From assembly GCA_035403525.1 (NCBI GenBank), contig DAONFE010000004.1, forward strand, positions 5,698-69,697: a stretch of DNA of 64,000 bases, written 5' to 3'. The notes beneath the pieces were generated by a model, which saw nothing but the letters and a program-made list of their open reading frames with translations, had not been told where the DNA came from and searched no databases. This document shows, in pieces, positions 47,672-57,061 of the stretch. The number at the start of each line of letters is the position of its first letter. Within the stretch, counting starts at the first letter, position 1. The DNA is from Candidatus Cryosericum sp. (GTDB taxonomy: Bacteria > Caldisericota > Caldisericia > Cryosericales > Cryosericaceae). The position numbers and the translations under genes are program-made.

Positions 47672-48587
47672 CTGTTGTCATTCTCCTTAGCTCAAGCAGA
47701 GCATTCGTCACGACCAGCTCTGCGTTCACGTTCTGTTCCACATGCTGGAGGCGATCTCCAAGGCGATCCAGAAACGGGATTACACGCGATTCATCGAGCA
47801 CAAAGTTGACACGCGCCAGCTCTGGCTCAATATCCAGCGAAACGTGTGCAAGAGGGGGAAGCTTGCCGCGAGCTCGCAGGACACCTTCCATGAACACGGC
47901 AATGGAACGCAAAGCCTCCATGGCGTTCTCCCGCTGGGTCGCACTGGCATCCATCCTCAGGAGGCGGCTGCTTGCATCCCCCAGGCTGAGATTCGCTTTC
48001 GCATAGTTCAACAGAACGTCCAGCGCAGCGTCCTCATCCTGCTGTTGTCCGCCCGCCTGGACCGCGTCTGCCCCGACGTCAGCCTGAACCTTGACGACCT
48101 GAACGCGCGACCGAATGGTCGGAAGCACCCTCCGGCTGTTGCGGGACAGTAGAAGGAACACATTGCCCGCAATCGGTTCCTCAATAGTCTTAAGAACCCT
48201 GTCGGCGGCGACATCGGTGAAAAAATCAACTCCGCGGAAGACGCTCACCCTCAAGGAGCCGGGCGCGGTCTTGATGCATGCATACGCAATAAACTGGTCC
48301 ACGGCCTCAATGTCCAGCTTTGCTCCATCTCCGAACACACGCATGTTTGGCGAACCGCCGGCCTGAATCTGTCTGCACGAGGCGCACACGTCGCAGTACT
48401 GTCCGGGCAGATGTTCACCAGTACAGTTTCCGGCCTTCGCCAGAGCAGTGGCAAGCGCCAGCTTGGCTCCGTCGTCCCTGCCGACAAGAAGATATGCGTG
48501 CGACAGTTTTCCTGACGCCAGCGCCGCCTCAAAACAACGCGTTGCGGCACATGGTCCGATTGCATCTTCTATGCGCTTCGCCGACAA
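47664..48587 (-). CDS. holB: DNA polymerase III delta' subunit
   Basis: KLSHAYLL, CTG..C..C.SC zinc site, ADRVLKTIEEP, LPTIRSR; TTG start with GGAGG SD 7 nt upstream. Confidence 0.85.
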   Translation of the reverse strand: MSAKRIEDAIGPCAATRCFEAALASGKLSHAYLLVGRDDGAKLALATALAKAGNCTGEHLPGQYCDVCASCRQIQAGGSPNMRVFGDGAKLDIEAVDQFIAYACIKTAPGSLRVSVFRGVDFFTDVAADRVLKTIEEPIAGNVFLLLSRNSRRVLPTIRSRVQVVKVQADVGADAVQAGGQQQDEDAALDVLLNYAKANLSLGDASSRLLRMDASATQRENAMEALRSIAVFMEGVLRARGKLPPLAHVSLDIEPELARVNFVLDESRVIPFLDRLGDRLQHVEQNVNAELVVTNALLELRRMTTDE

Positions 48588-48668
48588 TCCGATACCTCCG
48601 CCGCGTGCACGGCCGTGCGCCTGCAGTGGTCTATCAGGCACCGTGCCGAGCATCGCTTGCTGGCCAAG

Positions 48669-48697
48669 AGTATATACTCCAGCAGCCCGACATGCAA
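48669..48697 (-). promoter_or_regulatory. Putative SigA promoter for holB-PSP1-mnmA
   Basis: TTGCAT (48697-48692), 17 bp, TATACT (48674-48669). Confidence 0.5.
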
Positions 48698-48725
48698 TGA
48701 AGGCCTTCTCCCTCGCAACTGACAA

Positions 48726-48752
48726 CCCCGCCGGAGTTGCGCTCCGGCGGGG
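48726..48752 (-). terminator. Probable terminator of grpE-dnaK-dnaJ
   Basis: Perfect 11-bp stem CCCCGCCGGAG-cgcaa-CTCCGGCGGGG followed by TTGTC, 30 nt after the dnaJ stop. Confidence 0.65.
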
Positions 48753-48782
48753 CATGAGACAACCTCTGTCCTCGGCGACTGC

Positions 48783-49886
48783 CTACTTCTCGAGGTCCAC
48801 GAGCTGCTTGTACAACTTGCGCTGCTCAGCCGTCAGGGTTCTGGGAACAGCGATCTCTACACGGACGATGTAGTCTCCCCGGCGACGCTCTCCCACAGCC
48901 TGAGCCCCCTTGCCCCGTATGCGCACTTCCGTGCCATGCTGGCTACCTGCGGGTATGGTGACCGCCTCCGTTCCACCCTCAAGAAGAGGGACCTCAACGC
49001 TCGTCCCAAGCACTGCCTTTGATGGGGGTATGCGCACCGTGTGGTACAACAGATTGCCGCGCCGTTCAAACCGCGGATCAGGCTGCACAGTAATGAGCAG
49101 GTACAGATCTCCGGACGCACCGCCATGCTTGCCGGCATCTCCCTGCCCGGCAATGCGAACCTTCATGCCGCTGTCCACGCCAGCAGGAATAGTAACCTCG
49201 ATGGTCTTGTCGACCCGGGCCACGCCCGACCCCTTGCAGGTGGGGCATGGAGAATCGATGACTCTGCCTTCGCCTCTACAGGTCGGACAGACTCCTGCTG
49301 TCACCACCCTTCCGAATATGGTGTCCTGAGTCTGGCGGACCTCGCCACTGCCCCCACACGTTGGACAGACTTTGGGAGAAGTCCCTGGAGCGGCTCCACT
49401 GCCGTGGCACGTCGCACATGTATCGTATCGGCGTATCTGGATCTCTTTCTTGGTCCCGAACACCGCCTCTTTGAGCGTCAGCGTCATGGAAACGCTGAGG
49501 TCACGACCCCTCGGAGACTCCTCCGGCTGTTGGGTTGCCTGCGACCGGCCGAATCCACCCATGAAACTCCCGAAGAGGTCCCCAAAGTCGAAGCCACCAA
49601 ACGTGTCGCCAGCACCTCCGTACTGAGGTGTCCACCCTTGGCCGGCACCTGGAAAACCCGGTGCTCCTGCTTTGCCATAGGTGTCGTACTGCTCACGCTT
49701 GGCCGGGTCACTCAATGTTTCATACGCCTCGTTTACCTCGGCCATGTGCTTGGGTGCTTCCGGGTCGTCCTTGTGGAGGTCGGGATGGTATTTCTTGACC
49801 AGCTCCCGATAGGCCCTCTTGATGTCATCCTGGGAGGCCCCTTTGGGCACTCCCAGTATGTCGTAGTAGTCTCGATCAGTTGCCAC
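48783..49886 (-). CDS. dnaJ: Chaperone DnaJ
   Basis: DYYDILG, HPD, G/F region, four CxxCxGxG repeats; GTG start with GGAGG SD. Confidence 0.98.
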   Translation of the reverse strand: MATDRDYYDILGVPKGASQDDIKRAYRELVKKYHPDLHKDDPEAPKHMAEVNEAYETLSDPAKREQYDTYGKAGAPGFPGAGQGWTPQYGGAGDTFGGFDFGDLFGSFMGGFGRSQATQQPEESPRGRDLSVSMTLTLKEAVFGTKKEIQIRRYDTCATCHGSGAAPGTSPKVCPTCGGSGEVRQTQDTIFGRVVTAGVCPTCRGEGRVIDSPCPTCKGSGVARVDKTIEVTIPAGVDSGMKVRIAGQGDAGKHGGASGDLYLLITVQPDPRFERRGNLLYHTVRIPPSKAVLGTSVEVPLLEGGTEAVTIPAGSQHGTEVRIRGKGAQAVGERRRGDYIVRVEIAVPRTLTAEQRKLYKQLVDLEK

Positions 49887-49929
49887 ATCGACCTCCACTC
49901 AAGCGTTTAACACACAATTCAGTGACCAG

Positions 49930-51774
49930 CTATGCCTTTGGCGTACCTTCTCCCTCGACTGTCTGCCCATCCTGGGGCGGCTGCTGGGTTCCGGTCTGTC
50001 CCTCGGGCCCCTGTCCGGACGATGGCTGCCGCTGCAGGTCTTCTGTTACTTTAGTGAACGCAGCGTTCACTTCGTCAATCTTCGCCTCTATCTCGGATGT
50101 CTTGTTGTCACGCACAAGGTTCTCGAGTTCAGTCAGCTTTTCTTCAGCCTCCTGCCGAACCTGCGGCGAGATCTTGTCGGCGTTCTCGGTAAGCGTCTTG
50201 CGACCACTGAACACGACCTGGTCTGCCCGGTTCTTAAGCTCGACTTCTTCCTTGACTCTCTTGTCCTGTTCAGCAAACTGCTCTGCCTCACGCTTCATGC
50301 GCTCAATCTCTTCATCCTTCAACTTTGTAGCATTCTCGATAGTGATGTGCTGCTCCTTACCCGTGGCTTTGTCCTTCGCAGTCACATGGACGATGCCGTT
50401 CGCATCGATGTCATAGCTCACCTCGATCTGGGGCATGCCCCGCGGGGCAGGTGCAATGCCATCGAGTATAAACCGCCCAAGGGACATGTTGTCCTTGGCC
50501 ATGGGCCGTTCTCCCTGGAGCACATGGATTTCGACCTGAGTCTGGTTGTCAGCCGCTGTCGTAAATGTCTGTGTCTTGGAGATCGGGACGGCTGTGTTTC
50601 TCTTGATCATCTCTGTGAATACGCCTCCGAGAGTCTCGATACCAAGAGTAAGAGGTGTCACATCAACGAGGACCATGCCGCTCTTTACTTCTCCAGCCAT
50701 GATGCCTCCCTGAATGGCGGCACCCATGGCAACGCACTCCATCGGGTCAATGCCACGTTCCGGAGCCTTGCCAAAATAGCTCTCCACGAACTTCTGTACC
50801 ATTGGCATTCTCGTCGGGCCGCCCACCAGAATGATGTTGTCAATCTGCTGCGGCGTGAGGCCCGCATCCGAGAGCGCGCGGTTGATGGGTTCACGGCAAC
50901 GCTCAATGATAGGTTGCACCAGCGATTCCAGTTTGGCACGTGTAATCGGCATGACCAGGTGCTTCGGGCCGCTGGCATCTGCGGTGATGAACGGCAGGTT
51001 GATCGTTGTCTCGAAGGTCGTCGAAAGTTCTACCTTTGCCTTCTCAACTCCCTCACGCAAACGCTGCATGGCCATCTTGTCAGCACGCAGGTCAATTCCT
51101 GTCTGGGTGCGGAAGTCGTCTGCCACGAAGTTCAGCAGGGCATTGTCCATGTCCGTGCCGCCAAGCTGTGTGTCGCCGGACGTAGCAAGAACAGTGAACA
51201 CGTTGCCGCCGAAATCCATGATAGTAACATCCAGCGTTCCCCCGCCAAAGTCAAACACGAGAATCTTGTGTTCTCCTTCAGTCTTGTCGAGCCCATACGC
51301 AAACGCTGCTGCCGTGGGCTCATTGATCAGACGCACAACCTCGAGCCCTGCAATCTCGCCGGCATCCTTAGTGGCCTGCCGCTGGGCGTCGTTGAAATAT
51401 GCAGGCACCGTGATGACCGCCTTGGACACCTTCTGTCCGAGGAACGCCTCCGCATCGTTCTTGATTTTGCGGAGGATGAAGGCGCTGATCTGCTGTGGTG
51501 TATAGGTCTTGCCAAACACAGAAACCGTGTAGTCCGTCCCCATTTTGCGCTTGATTGCCTGAATGGTGGATTCCGGGTTCAGTGCTGCCTGCCTCCGTGC
51601 GGGTTCTCCGACAAGAACCTGCCCATCCTTTGTAAACGCAACGTACGAAGGTACGGCCTTCCCTCCGATGCTGACTCCTTCGGCCGCGGGAACGATGGTT
51701 GGCTTGCCGCCGACCATGACTGCAGCCGCCGAATTTGAAGTCCCCAGGTCAATTCCGATGATTTTCTCTTCCAT
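49930..51774 (-). CDS. dnaK: Chaperone DnaK
   Basis: [52 protein letters not shown]. Confidence 0.99.
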   Translation of the reverse strand: MEEKIIGIDLGTSNSAAAVMVGGKPTIVPAAEGVSIGGKAVPSYVAFTKDGQVLVGEPARRQAALNPESTIQAIKRKMGTDYTVSVFGKTYTPQQISAFILRKIKNDAEAFLGQKVSKAVITVPAYFNDAQRQATKDAGEIAGLEVVRLINEPTAAAFAYGLDKTEGEHKILVFDFGGGTLDVTIMDFGGNVFTVLATSGDTQLGGTDMDNALLNFVADDFRTQTGIDLRADKMAMQRLREGVEKAKVELSTTFETTINLPFITADASGPKHLVMPITRAKLESLVQPIIERCREPINRALSDAGLTPQQIDNIILVGGPTRMPMVQKFVESYFGKAPERGIDPMECVAMGAAIQGGIMAGEVKSGMVLVDVTPLTLGIETLGGVFTEMIKRNTAVPISKTQTFTTAADNQTQVEIHVLQGERPMAKDNMSLGRFILDGIAPAPRGMPQIEVSYDIDANGIVHVTAKDKATGKEQHITIENATKLKDEEIERMKREAEQFAEQDKRVKEEVELKNRADQVVFSGRKTLTENADKISPQVRQEAEEKLTELENLVRDNKTSEIEAKIDEVNAAFTKVTEDLQRQPSSGQGPEGQTGTQQPPQDGQTVEGEGTPKA

Positions 51775-51821
51775 TGTCAACATACCTCCTTGTTCATAGT
51801 ATTCTCGTCACTACTCAACAG

Positions 51822-52385
51822 TTATTCCTGTACATCCGCAGCATCTGGCGCGGCGCTCGGTGGCGCAGAGACGACGTCAACTACTGCGGGTCGCAGTAAC
51901 ATATCGCCTAACCTGTATCCATCTCTCAGCACGTGTACTACGGTGTTGGGAGGCAAATCTGAATCTGTCACTACATGGGCAATTTCACAGGTGCCCGAAT
52001 CGTAGGGGGCGCCCTCAAGCCCTTCTATTCTGTGGATACCGTTTCGTATGAGAAACTGGTTCAGCTGGGCAAGAACGGCCTTCGCACCGGCAAGCAGACT
52101 GCCTCCATCGCCTCCCGAAGCTTCCTCTCCATGGCGGACCAGCTGCTCAAAGCTGTCCACCACCGACAACAGGTCCAGGAAAAGCGCTGATTTGGTCCTG
52201 GCCTCGAACGAGCTCTTGTCGCGCTGTAGTGTTGCCTGATCCCGGATGCGCATCATCTGCTCTTCGTGCACGGAGCTCTCCAGGCGGGCCACCTCTTGTT
52301 CAAGTTCCTGTACTTTGGCCCGAAGCGTTTTCACCGCATCGCCTCCATCACTGTTAGCCTGTACCTCCGGATTCTCAGTAGCCAT
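51822..52385 (-). CDS. grpE: Nucleotide exchange factor GrpE (alternative start 52454)
   Basis: N-terminal coiled coil, LLSVVDSFE, VLRDGYRLGDMLLRPAVV; upstream of dnaK. Confidence 0.92.
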   Translation of the reverse strand: MATENPEVQANSDGGDAVKTLRAKVQELEQEVARLESSVHEEQMMRIRDQATLQRDKSSFEARTKSALFLDLLSVVDSFEQLVRHGEEASGGDGGSLLAGAKAVLAQLNQFLIRNGIHRIEGLEGAPYDSGTCEIAHVVTDSDLPPNTVVHVLRDGYRLGDMLLRPAVVDVVSAPPSAAPDAADVQE

Positions 52386-52531
52386 CCGGATGTCCTCCTC
52401 GGGATGTTGCTCTTTTCCCTGCTGACCACTTGGTTCCTCTGATGCATACCACATAGTTCGTGTCCTCACCGCTGGCTCTCCATATAACGTGCGTATCTCA
52501 ACTACTGATAAACAACTGTTCTCACAGCCAG

Positions 52532-52568
52532 TTAGCACTCTCAGACATAGACTGCTAACGACTGCTAA
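52532..52568 (-). promoter_or_regulatory. CIRCE (HrcA operator) plus a duplicated half-site
   Basis: TTAGCACTC-N9-GACTGCTAA (52532-52558, one mismatch to consensus) and a second GACTGCTAA (52560-52568). Confidence 0.88.
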
Positions 52569-52596
52569 ATTGTAGTGCAAAGGACTGGGCTGTCAA
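52569..52596 (-). promoter_or_regulatory. SigA promoter of grpE-dnaK-dnaJ
   Basis: TTGACA (52596-52591), 16 bp, TACAAT (52574-52569), immediately upstream of CIRCE. Confidence 0.8.
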
Positions 52597-52617
52597 GCGT
52601 ACAATCACTGCAAATAG

Positions 52618-52645
52618 TTGATTTCTTGGCAAGGCACACGATAAT
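52618..52645 (+). promoter_or_regulatory. Putative SigA promoter of the deoC-recO-glyQS-ppdK run
   Basis: TTGATT (52618-52623), 16 bp, GATAAT (52640-52645). Confidence 0.55.
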
Positions 52646-52675
52646 GTAGCTCATCTGTATGCACGGAGGTTAACA

Positions 52676-53350
52676 ATGTACACGCCAGAGATCTCCCGGA
52701 TGGAGCTTGCACATTTCATCGACCATACCTACCTGAAGCCTGAGGCCGGCTCGGCAGATATTGAGCGGGTTGCCATGGAAGCCAAAGAGCTTGGCACTTT
52801 TGCCCTCTGCGTCAACAGTTCCATGGTCGAGACAGCCTACGCTGTGCTCGAAGGTTCTGACGTTCGCCTCGCTTCGACAATTGGCTTCCCCTTCGGCTCT
52901 GTCCTCAGCGTGGCTAAGGCACGTGAGACCGAGTATGCAGTGCGGCACGGCGCAGCCGAGGTCGACACCGTCATCCAGATCGGCTGGCTCAAGGACAAGA
53001 ACTACCGGGGGGTCGCACAGGACATCGAGGCCGTCGTACGTGCCGCAGGGGAAGCGCTGGTGAAAGTCATCCTCGAAACCTGCCTCCTCACCGATGAGGA
53101 GAAACGGGTAGCCTGCGCAATTGCAGTCGCCGCCGGCGCAGGGTTTGTGAAGACGAGCACGGGGTTCAACAAAGCAGGCGCGACGGAGGACGACGTGAGG
53201 CTCATGCGCGAAACCGTCGGACCTCTCGTGGGGGTCAAGGCAGCCGGCGGTATCCGTGACCTCAAGACAGCCATTGCCATGCTCAACGCGGGTGCTACCC
53301 GGCTTGGCGCATCTGCATCGGCAGCCATTCTTGCCGAAGCCCGGCCCTAG
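52676..53350 (+). CDS. deoC: Deoxyribose-phosphate aldolase
   Basis: IDHTYLKP, IGFPFG, VKVILET, FVKTSTG, VKAAGGIR, GATRLGAS. Confidence 0.97.
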   Translation: MYTPEISRMELAHFIDHTYLKPEAGSADIERVAMEAKELGTFALCVNSSMVETAYAVLEGSDVRLASTIGFPFGSVLSVAKARETEYAVRHGAAEVDTVIQIGWLKDKNYRGVAQDIEAVVRAAGEALVKVILETCLLTDEEKRVACAIAVAAGAGFVKTSTGFNKAGATEDDVRLMRETVGPLVGVKAAGGIRDLKTAIAMLNAGATRLGASASAAILAEARP

Positions 53351-53355
53351 GAATT

Positions 53356-54138
53356 GTGGCCTACCACTGGACCATCGCAACCATCCTCCGTGCTAGCAGG
53401 GTGGGAGAAAAGGACAAGCGTTTGGTCCTGTTCTCGAGGGAACTTGGAAAGGTTACAGCCACCGTTCATGGGGCTGCGATGCCCGACGCCAGATGGTCGA
53501 CGGCGTTTGAGCCCTTTTCCCTGCTCTATTTGAGACTTTACGACCGTTCTCACTACTTGACCGTAGTCAGCGCCGAGGAACGAATTGTCTATGCGGCAAT
53601 TATCTCGTCCCTTTCCCGGTCATTGAAAGCGATGGCCCTGAATCAACTCCTGGAGTGCGTACTTGAGCCCAGGTCCGAAGAGCCCGAACTGTTCGCAGCG
53701 TATGTTTCCGCCCTTTCGCACCTCAACCTTTCCATGACGACAGAGGACGAGGACAGGACATTCCTGCAATGTACTCTGGACGTCCTTGCCTACCTGGGCT
53801 TTGGCATGAGCTCGTTGCACTGTGAGCGGTGTGGAGTCACATTGGAGGACCAGGTGTACTTCTCCTTGCGCGAAAACGCATTCCACTGTGCCACGTGCGC
53901 CGCACCCGAGACCGATGTTCTGCTGTCGCCAGATCTCACGACATTCCTGAAAGCGGGAGAGGGACCACTTACTGAACGGCAGATTCTTGCTGGCATCGCC
54001 GTTACTCTGCGCCTGCTCCGCTCAACTGCCGACAGGCTTTCCATCACACAGTCGTTTGAGCAGTTCGCACAAAGTGCGACTGCACTGTTCCACATTGATG
54101 AGGCCAAACAGGCCAAGGAGTCTTGTCATGAACTTTGA
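53356..54138 (+). CDS. recO: DNA repair protein RecO
   Basis: GEKDKRLVLFSRELGKV OB fold, C..C....C..C zinc site; upstream of glyQ. Confidence 0.88.
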   Translation: MAYHWTIATILRASRVGEKDKRLVLFSRELGKVTATVHGAAMPDARWSTAFEPFSLLYLRLYDRSHYLTVVSAEERIVYAAIISSLSRSLKAMALNQLLECVLEPRSEEPELFAAYVSALSHLNLSMTTEDEDRTFLQCTLDVLAYLGFGMSSLHCERCGVTLEDQVYFSLRENAFHCATCAAPETDVLLSPDLTTFLKAGEGPLTERQILAGIAVTLRLLRSTADRLSITQSFEQFAQSATALFHIDEAKQAKESCHEL

Positions 54139-54976
54139 AGACATGGTATCGAAACTGGAGAACTTCTGGGTAGGCGAAGGATGCACGCGCCTGTTCCCCT
54201 ACGACCAGGAAGTGGGAGCCGGCACCCTGAGCCCCTCGACGTTCCTCAGGGTACTTGGCAACAAGCCATGGAGCGTCGTCTACGTTCAGCCATCAAGGCG
54301 GCCTGCTGATGGAAGATATGGGGAGAATCCCAACCGTCTTTACATGCATCATCAGTTGCAGGTCATCGTCAAGCCGCCCACAACCGACATTCAGGATACG
54401 TACCTGCGCAGCCTGTACCTGCTGGGTCTCAAGCCGGCCGAACACGACATACGGTTCGTCGAGGACAACTGGGAGACTCCTGTGCTCGGGGCCGCGGGTG
54501 TTGGATGGGAAGTGTGGTTAGACGGCATGGAAGTAACACAGTTTACATACTTCCAGCAGGCGGGAGGTCATGAACTGCCCGTGGTTTCGGTCGAAATCAC
54601 GTACGGACTTGAGCGCCTTGCCATGTTTGTACAAGGCAAGGCCAACGTTTATGACCTCGAGTGGCACGAGGGGGTTTCGTATGGCTCGCTTCGACAGCAG
54701 GTTGAGCGCGAAAACAGTATCTACTCATTTGAAGAAGCCGACATTCAGTCGCTGACGACGATGTTCGACCTCTGCGAACGCGAGTCGCAGCGCATGATTG
54801 AACGAGAGCTGATTACCCCCGCCTACGAGTACCTGCTCAAGTGCTCCCATACGTTTAACGTGCTGGATGCGCGTGGCACGGTCGGAGTGACTCAGCGCAT
54901 GGCGTATCTTGCACGAATACGGCGCCTGGCCTACGGCTGCGCTAATCTGTATCTGGAGAATGAGAGCCATGAGTGA
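54128..54976 (+). CDS. glyQ: Glycine--tRNA ligase alpha subunit
   Basis: EVGAGT..P.TFLR, YVQPSRRPADGRYGENPNRL, GWEVWLDGMEVTQFTYFQQ, EITYGLERL. Confidence 0.98.
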   Translation: MNFEDMVSKLENFWVGEGCTRLFPYDQEVGAGTLSPSTFLRVLGNKPWSVVYVQPSRRPADGRYGENPNRLYMHHQLQVIVKPPTTDIQDTYLRSLYLLGLKPAEHDIRFVEDNWETPVLGAAGVGWEVWLDGMEVTQFTYFQQAGGHELPVVSVEITYGLERLAMFVQGKANVYDLEWHEGVSYGSLRQQVERENSIYSFEEADIQSLTTMFDLCERESQRMIERELITPAYEYLLKCSHTFNVLDARGTVGVTQRMAYLARIRRLAYGCANLYLENESHE

Positions 54977-57044
54977 CCTGCTGATAGAGATCTTCACTGA
55001 GGAACTGCCAGCGCGCTTCATCGATGGCGCCGAAGCGCAGATGACGCAGCGTGTGAGCCAGCACCTGGATATGGACCAGATCGTTCACGGAGAAATCCAT
55101 GGCTACGCAACGCCCAGGCGTCTTGTCACGATCGTTGACGGCGTCCAGGAGCTAACCGAGGACCGCACCCTCGAGGTACGAGGCCCTGCGGTCGCTGTGA
55201 GTTATGACGGCGAGGGCAATCCGACGCCTGCATTGCTCGGGTTCTGCAAAGGTCAGGGAATCGACCCGGCTCAGGTGTTTACGAACGACGTCGGTGGCAA
55301 ACCGTACATCTTTGCACGCAAGACCGTTGCAGGTCAGGAGTCCGGGCTGCTCATCGAAGGATTCCTGTCTCAGCTGCCACGGGAGATTGCATTCCCCAAG
55401 ATGATGCACTGGGAGCAGTCCGGGTTCCAGTTCGGGCGCCCCATCCGGGGACTTGTGGCACTGCTGGGAACCCGGGTGCTCCACTGGAGCATAGCGGGCG
55501 TTGAGGGGTCCAATACGACGTTCGGTCTGCGAGTAGGCAAGCCAAAACCAATCACCGTCTCCAGCCCGGAGGACTATCTGCGTAAGCTCCGCGAGGCATT
55601 TGTCATCCTGGACCCTGCCGAACGCCGCCGGTCTATCGAAAAACAGGCAGACAAACTCCTGAAACCTCTCGGGTATTCCCTTGCAGCCGACCGCGAAGAT
55701 TTGCTTGCCGAGGTGGTGAACCTTGTCGAGTATCCAACTGCCTTTCTGGGCAGCCTGCCGGGAATTGCAGTAGAACTGCCTGAAAGCGTAGTCCGGTCTG
55801 TTCTCCAAGAGCAGATGCACTCGTTCCTTGTCTACGATGAACAGCACCGCGTCGTCCCACACTTCCTGAGCATCCGAAATGGTCTGTCCGACTTCATCGA
55901 CATTGTGCGCCGCGGCAATGAGAGCGTAGCCAACGCACGCCTGCTGGATGCCTCGTTCTTTATCGCCGAGGACACACGCCAACCCCTGGAGGCGTACGTG
56001 CCAAAGCTGAACACGCTCATCTTCATGGACCAGCTGGGAACCATGGCTGACAAGACGGCCCGCCTGGAACAACTGGCAGCCAGCGTGGGCAGTTTTGCCA
56101 GCCTCGAAGCTGACGAGAGAGAACACCTTTCGCGGGCTGCCCACCTGGCAAAGGCGGACCTCGCTACAAGCATGGTCAAGGAATACACCTCTCTTCAGGG
56201 CGAGATCGGAGGCATCTACCTCATGCGGGAGGGAGAAACTGCTGCAGTTGCAACCGCCATCCGTGAGCAGTACATGCCGCGGTCTCCATCTGAGGCAATA
56301 CCTTCGACCCGTGTGGGACAGATCCTGGGCATTATTGATAAGGTGGACACGCTCACGGGTATTCTGGGCACCGGATTCAATCCCTCCGGATCTGAAGACC
56401 CCTATGGAGTCCGCCGCGCGGGCAACGGCATTATTCGGACCATCCTCGAATCAAGGGGGCCTGTCGATGTGGAAGCCCTGGTCCGGAAGTCAGTTGACGT
56501 CTATCTTGCCCAACTGGCCCTGCCAGCGCCTGACGACCTGCCCGGCCATGTCCTGGATTACCTGAAGGGGCGCGTTACGCAGTACTTCAAGGAGAAACAG
56601 CTCCTCGGCGAGTTTTCTCCCATGGAGAACCTTCCCCTCAAAGAACTTGGAAGTGTTCCGGAGCGGATGGCGGCGCTGCAGGCGGCACGTGGTGACGAGG
56701 AGCTGCCTGCCCTCGCAGACAGCCACCGCCGAATCCAGAACATCACGAAGGGGCTTCCTGAAGCCTCCAGCCTGCCCGATGACCTGCTGGTCACCGAACC
56801 AGAGGAAGTCCAGCTCAGAGATGTGGCCCGCACGGCGCTTCCGATGGTTCGAGCTGCGCTGGACCAGCGCAATTATGCCGAGGCAATCCGCATCTGTGAA
56901 AGCATGGTTCCGGCCATCACCACGTTCTTCGACCGTATCCTTGTCATGGCCGGCGACGAACGCGTACGAAGCGCACGTTTATTGCTATTGTGCCATCTGA
57001 AGTATATACTGGGTCAGGTTTGTGACTACGCTAAGTTAACCTAA
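54969..57044 (+). CDS. glyS: Glycine--tRNA ligase beta subunit
   Basis: LLIEIFTEELP, TPRRL, FGRPIR, LVEYP, KADL.TSMVKEY..LQG, GSEDPYGVRR. Confidence 0.96.
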   Translation: MSDLLIEIFTEELPARFIDGAEAQMTQRVSQHLDMDQIVHGEIHGYATPRRLVTIVDGVQELTEDRTLEVRGPAVAVSYDGEGNPTPALLGFCKGQGIDPAQVFTNDVGGKPYIFARKTVAGQESGLLIEGFLSQLPREIAFPKMMHWEQSGFQFGRPIRGLVALLGTRVLHWSIAGVEGSNTTFGLRVGKPKPITVSSPEDYLRKLREAFVILDPAERRRSIEKQADKLLKPLGYSLAADREDLLAEVVNLVEYPTAFLGSLPGIAVELPESVVRSVLQEQMHSFLVYDEQHRVVPHFLSIRNGLSDFIDIVRRGNESVANARLLDASFFIAEDTRQPLEAYVPKLNTLIFMDQLGTMADKTARLEQLAASVGSFASLEADEREHLSRAAHLAKADLATSMVKEYTSLQGEIGGIYLMREGETAAVATAIREQYMPRSPSEAIPSTRVGQILGIIDKVDTLTGILGTGFNPSGSEDPYGVRRAGNGIIRTILESRGPVDVEALVRKSVDVYLAQLALPAPDDLPGHVLDYLKGRVTQYFKEKQLLGEFSPMENLPLKELGSVPERMAALQAARGDEELPALADSHRRIQNITKGLPEASSLPDDLLVTEPEEVQLRDVARTALPMVRAALDQRNYAEAIRICESMVPAITTFFDRILVMAGDERVRSARLLLLCHLKYILGQVCDYAKLT

Positions 57045-57061
57045 GCCTCATGGGAGGAACT

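Noticed and set aside
48588-48755. 56-aa N-terminal extension of HolB in the ORF track
   Set aside because: It overlaps the dnaJ terminator hairpin and a predicted promoter; a TTG with a good SD at 48587 fits the family N-terminus
50347-51738. 463-aa antisense ORF over dnaK
   Set aside because: Long antisense frames opposite dnaK are a well-known artefact; no independent SD or promoter
52386-52675. Strand switch as a replication origin or terminus
   Set aside because: Fully explained by divergent grpE/deoC promoters; no DnaA-box array or dif-like site recognised
54100-54140. T-box leader for glyQS
   Set aside because: glyQ overlaps recO by 11 bp, leaving no room, and no T-box consensus was seen
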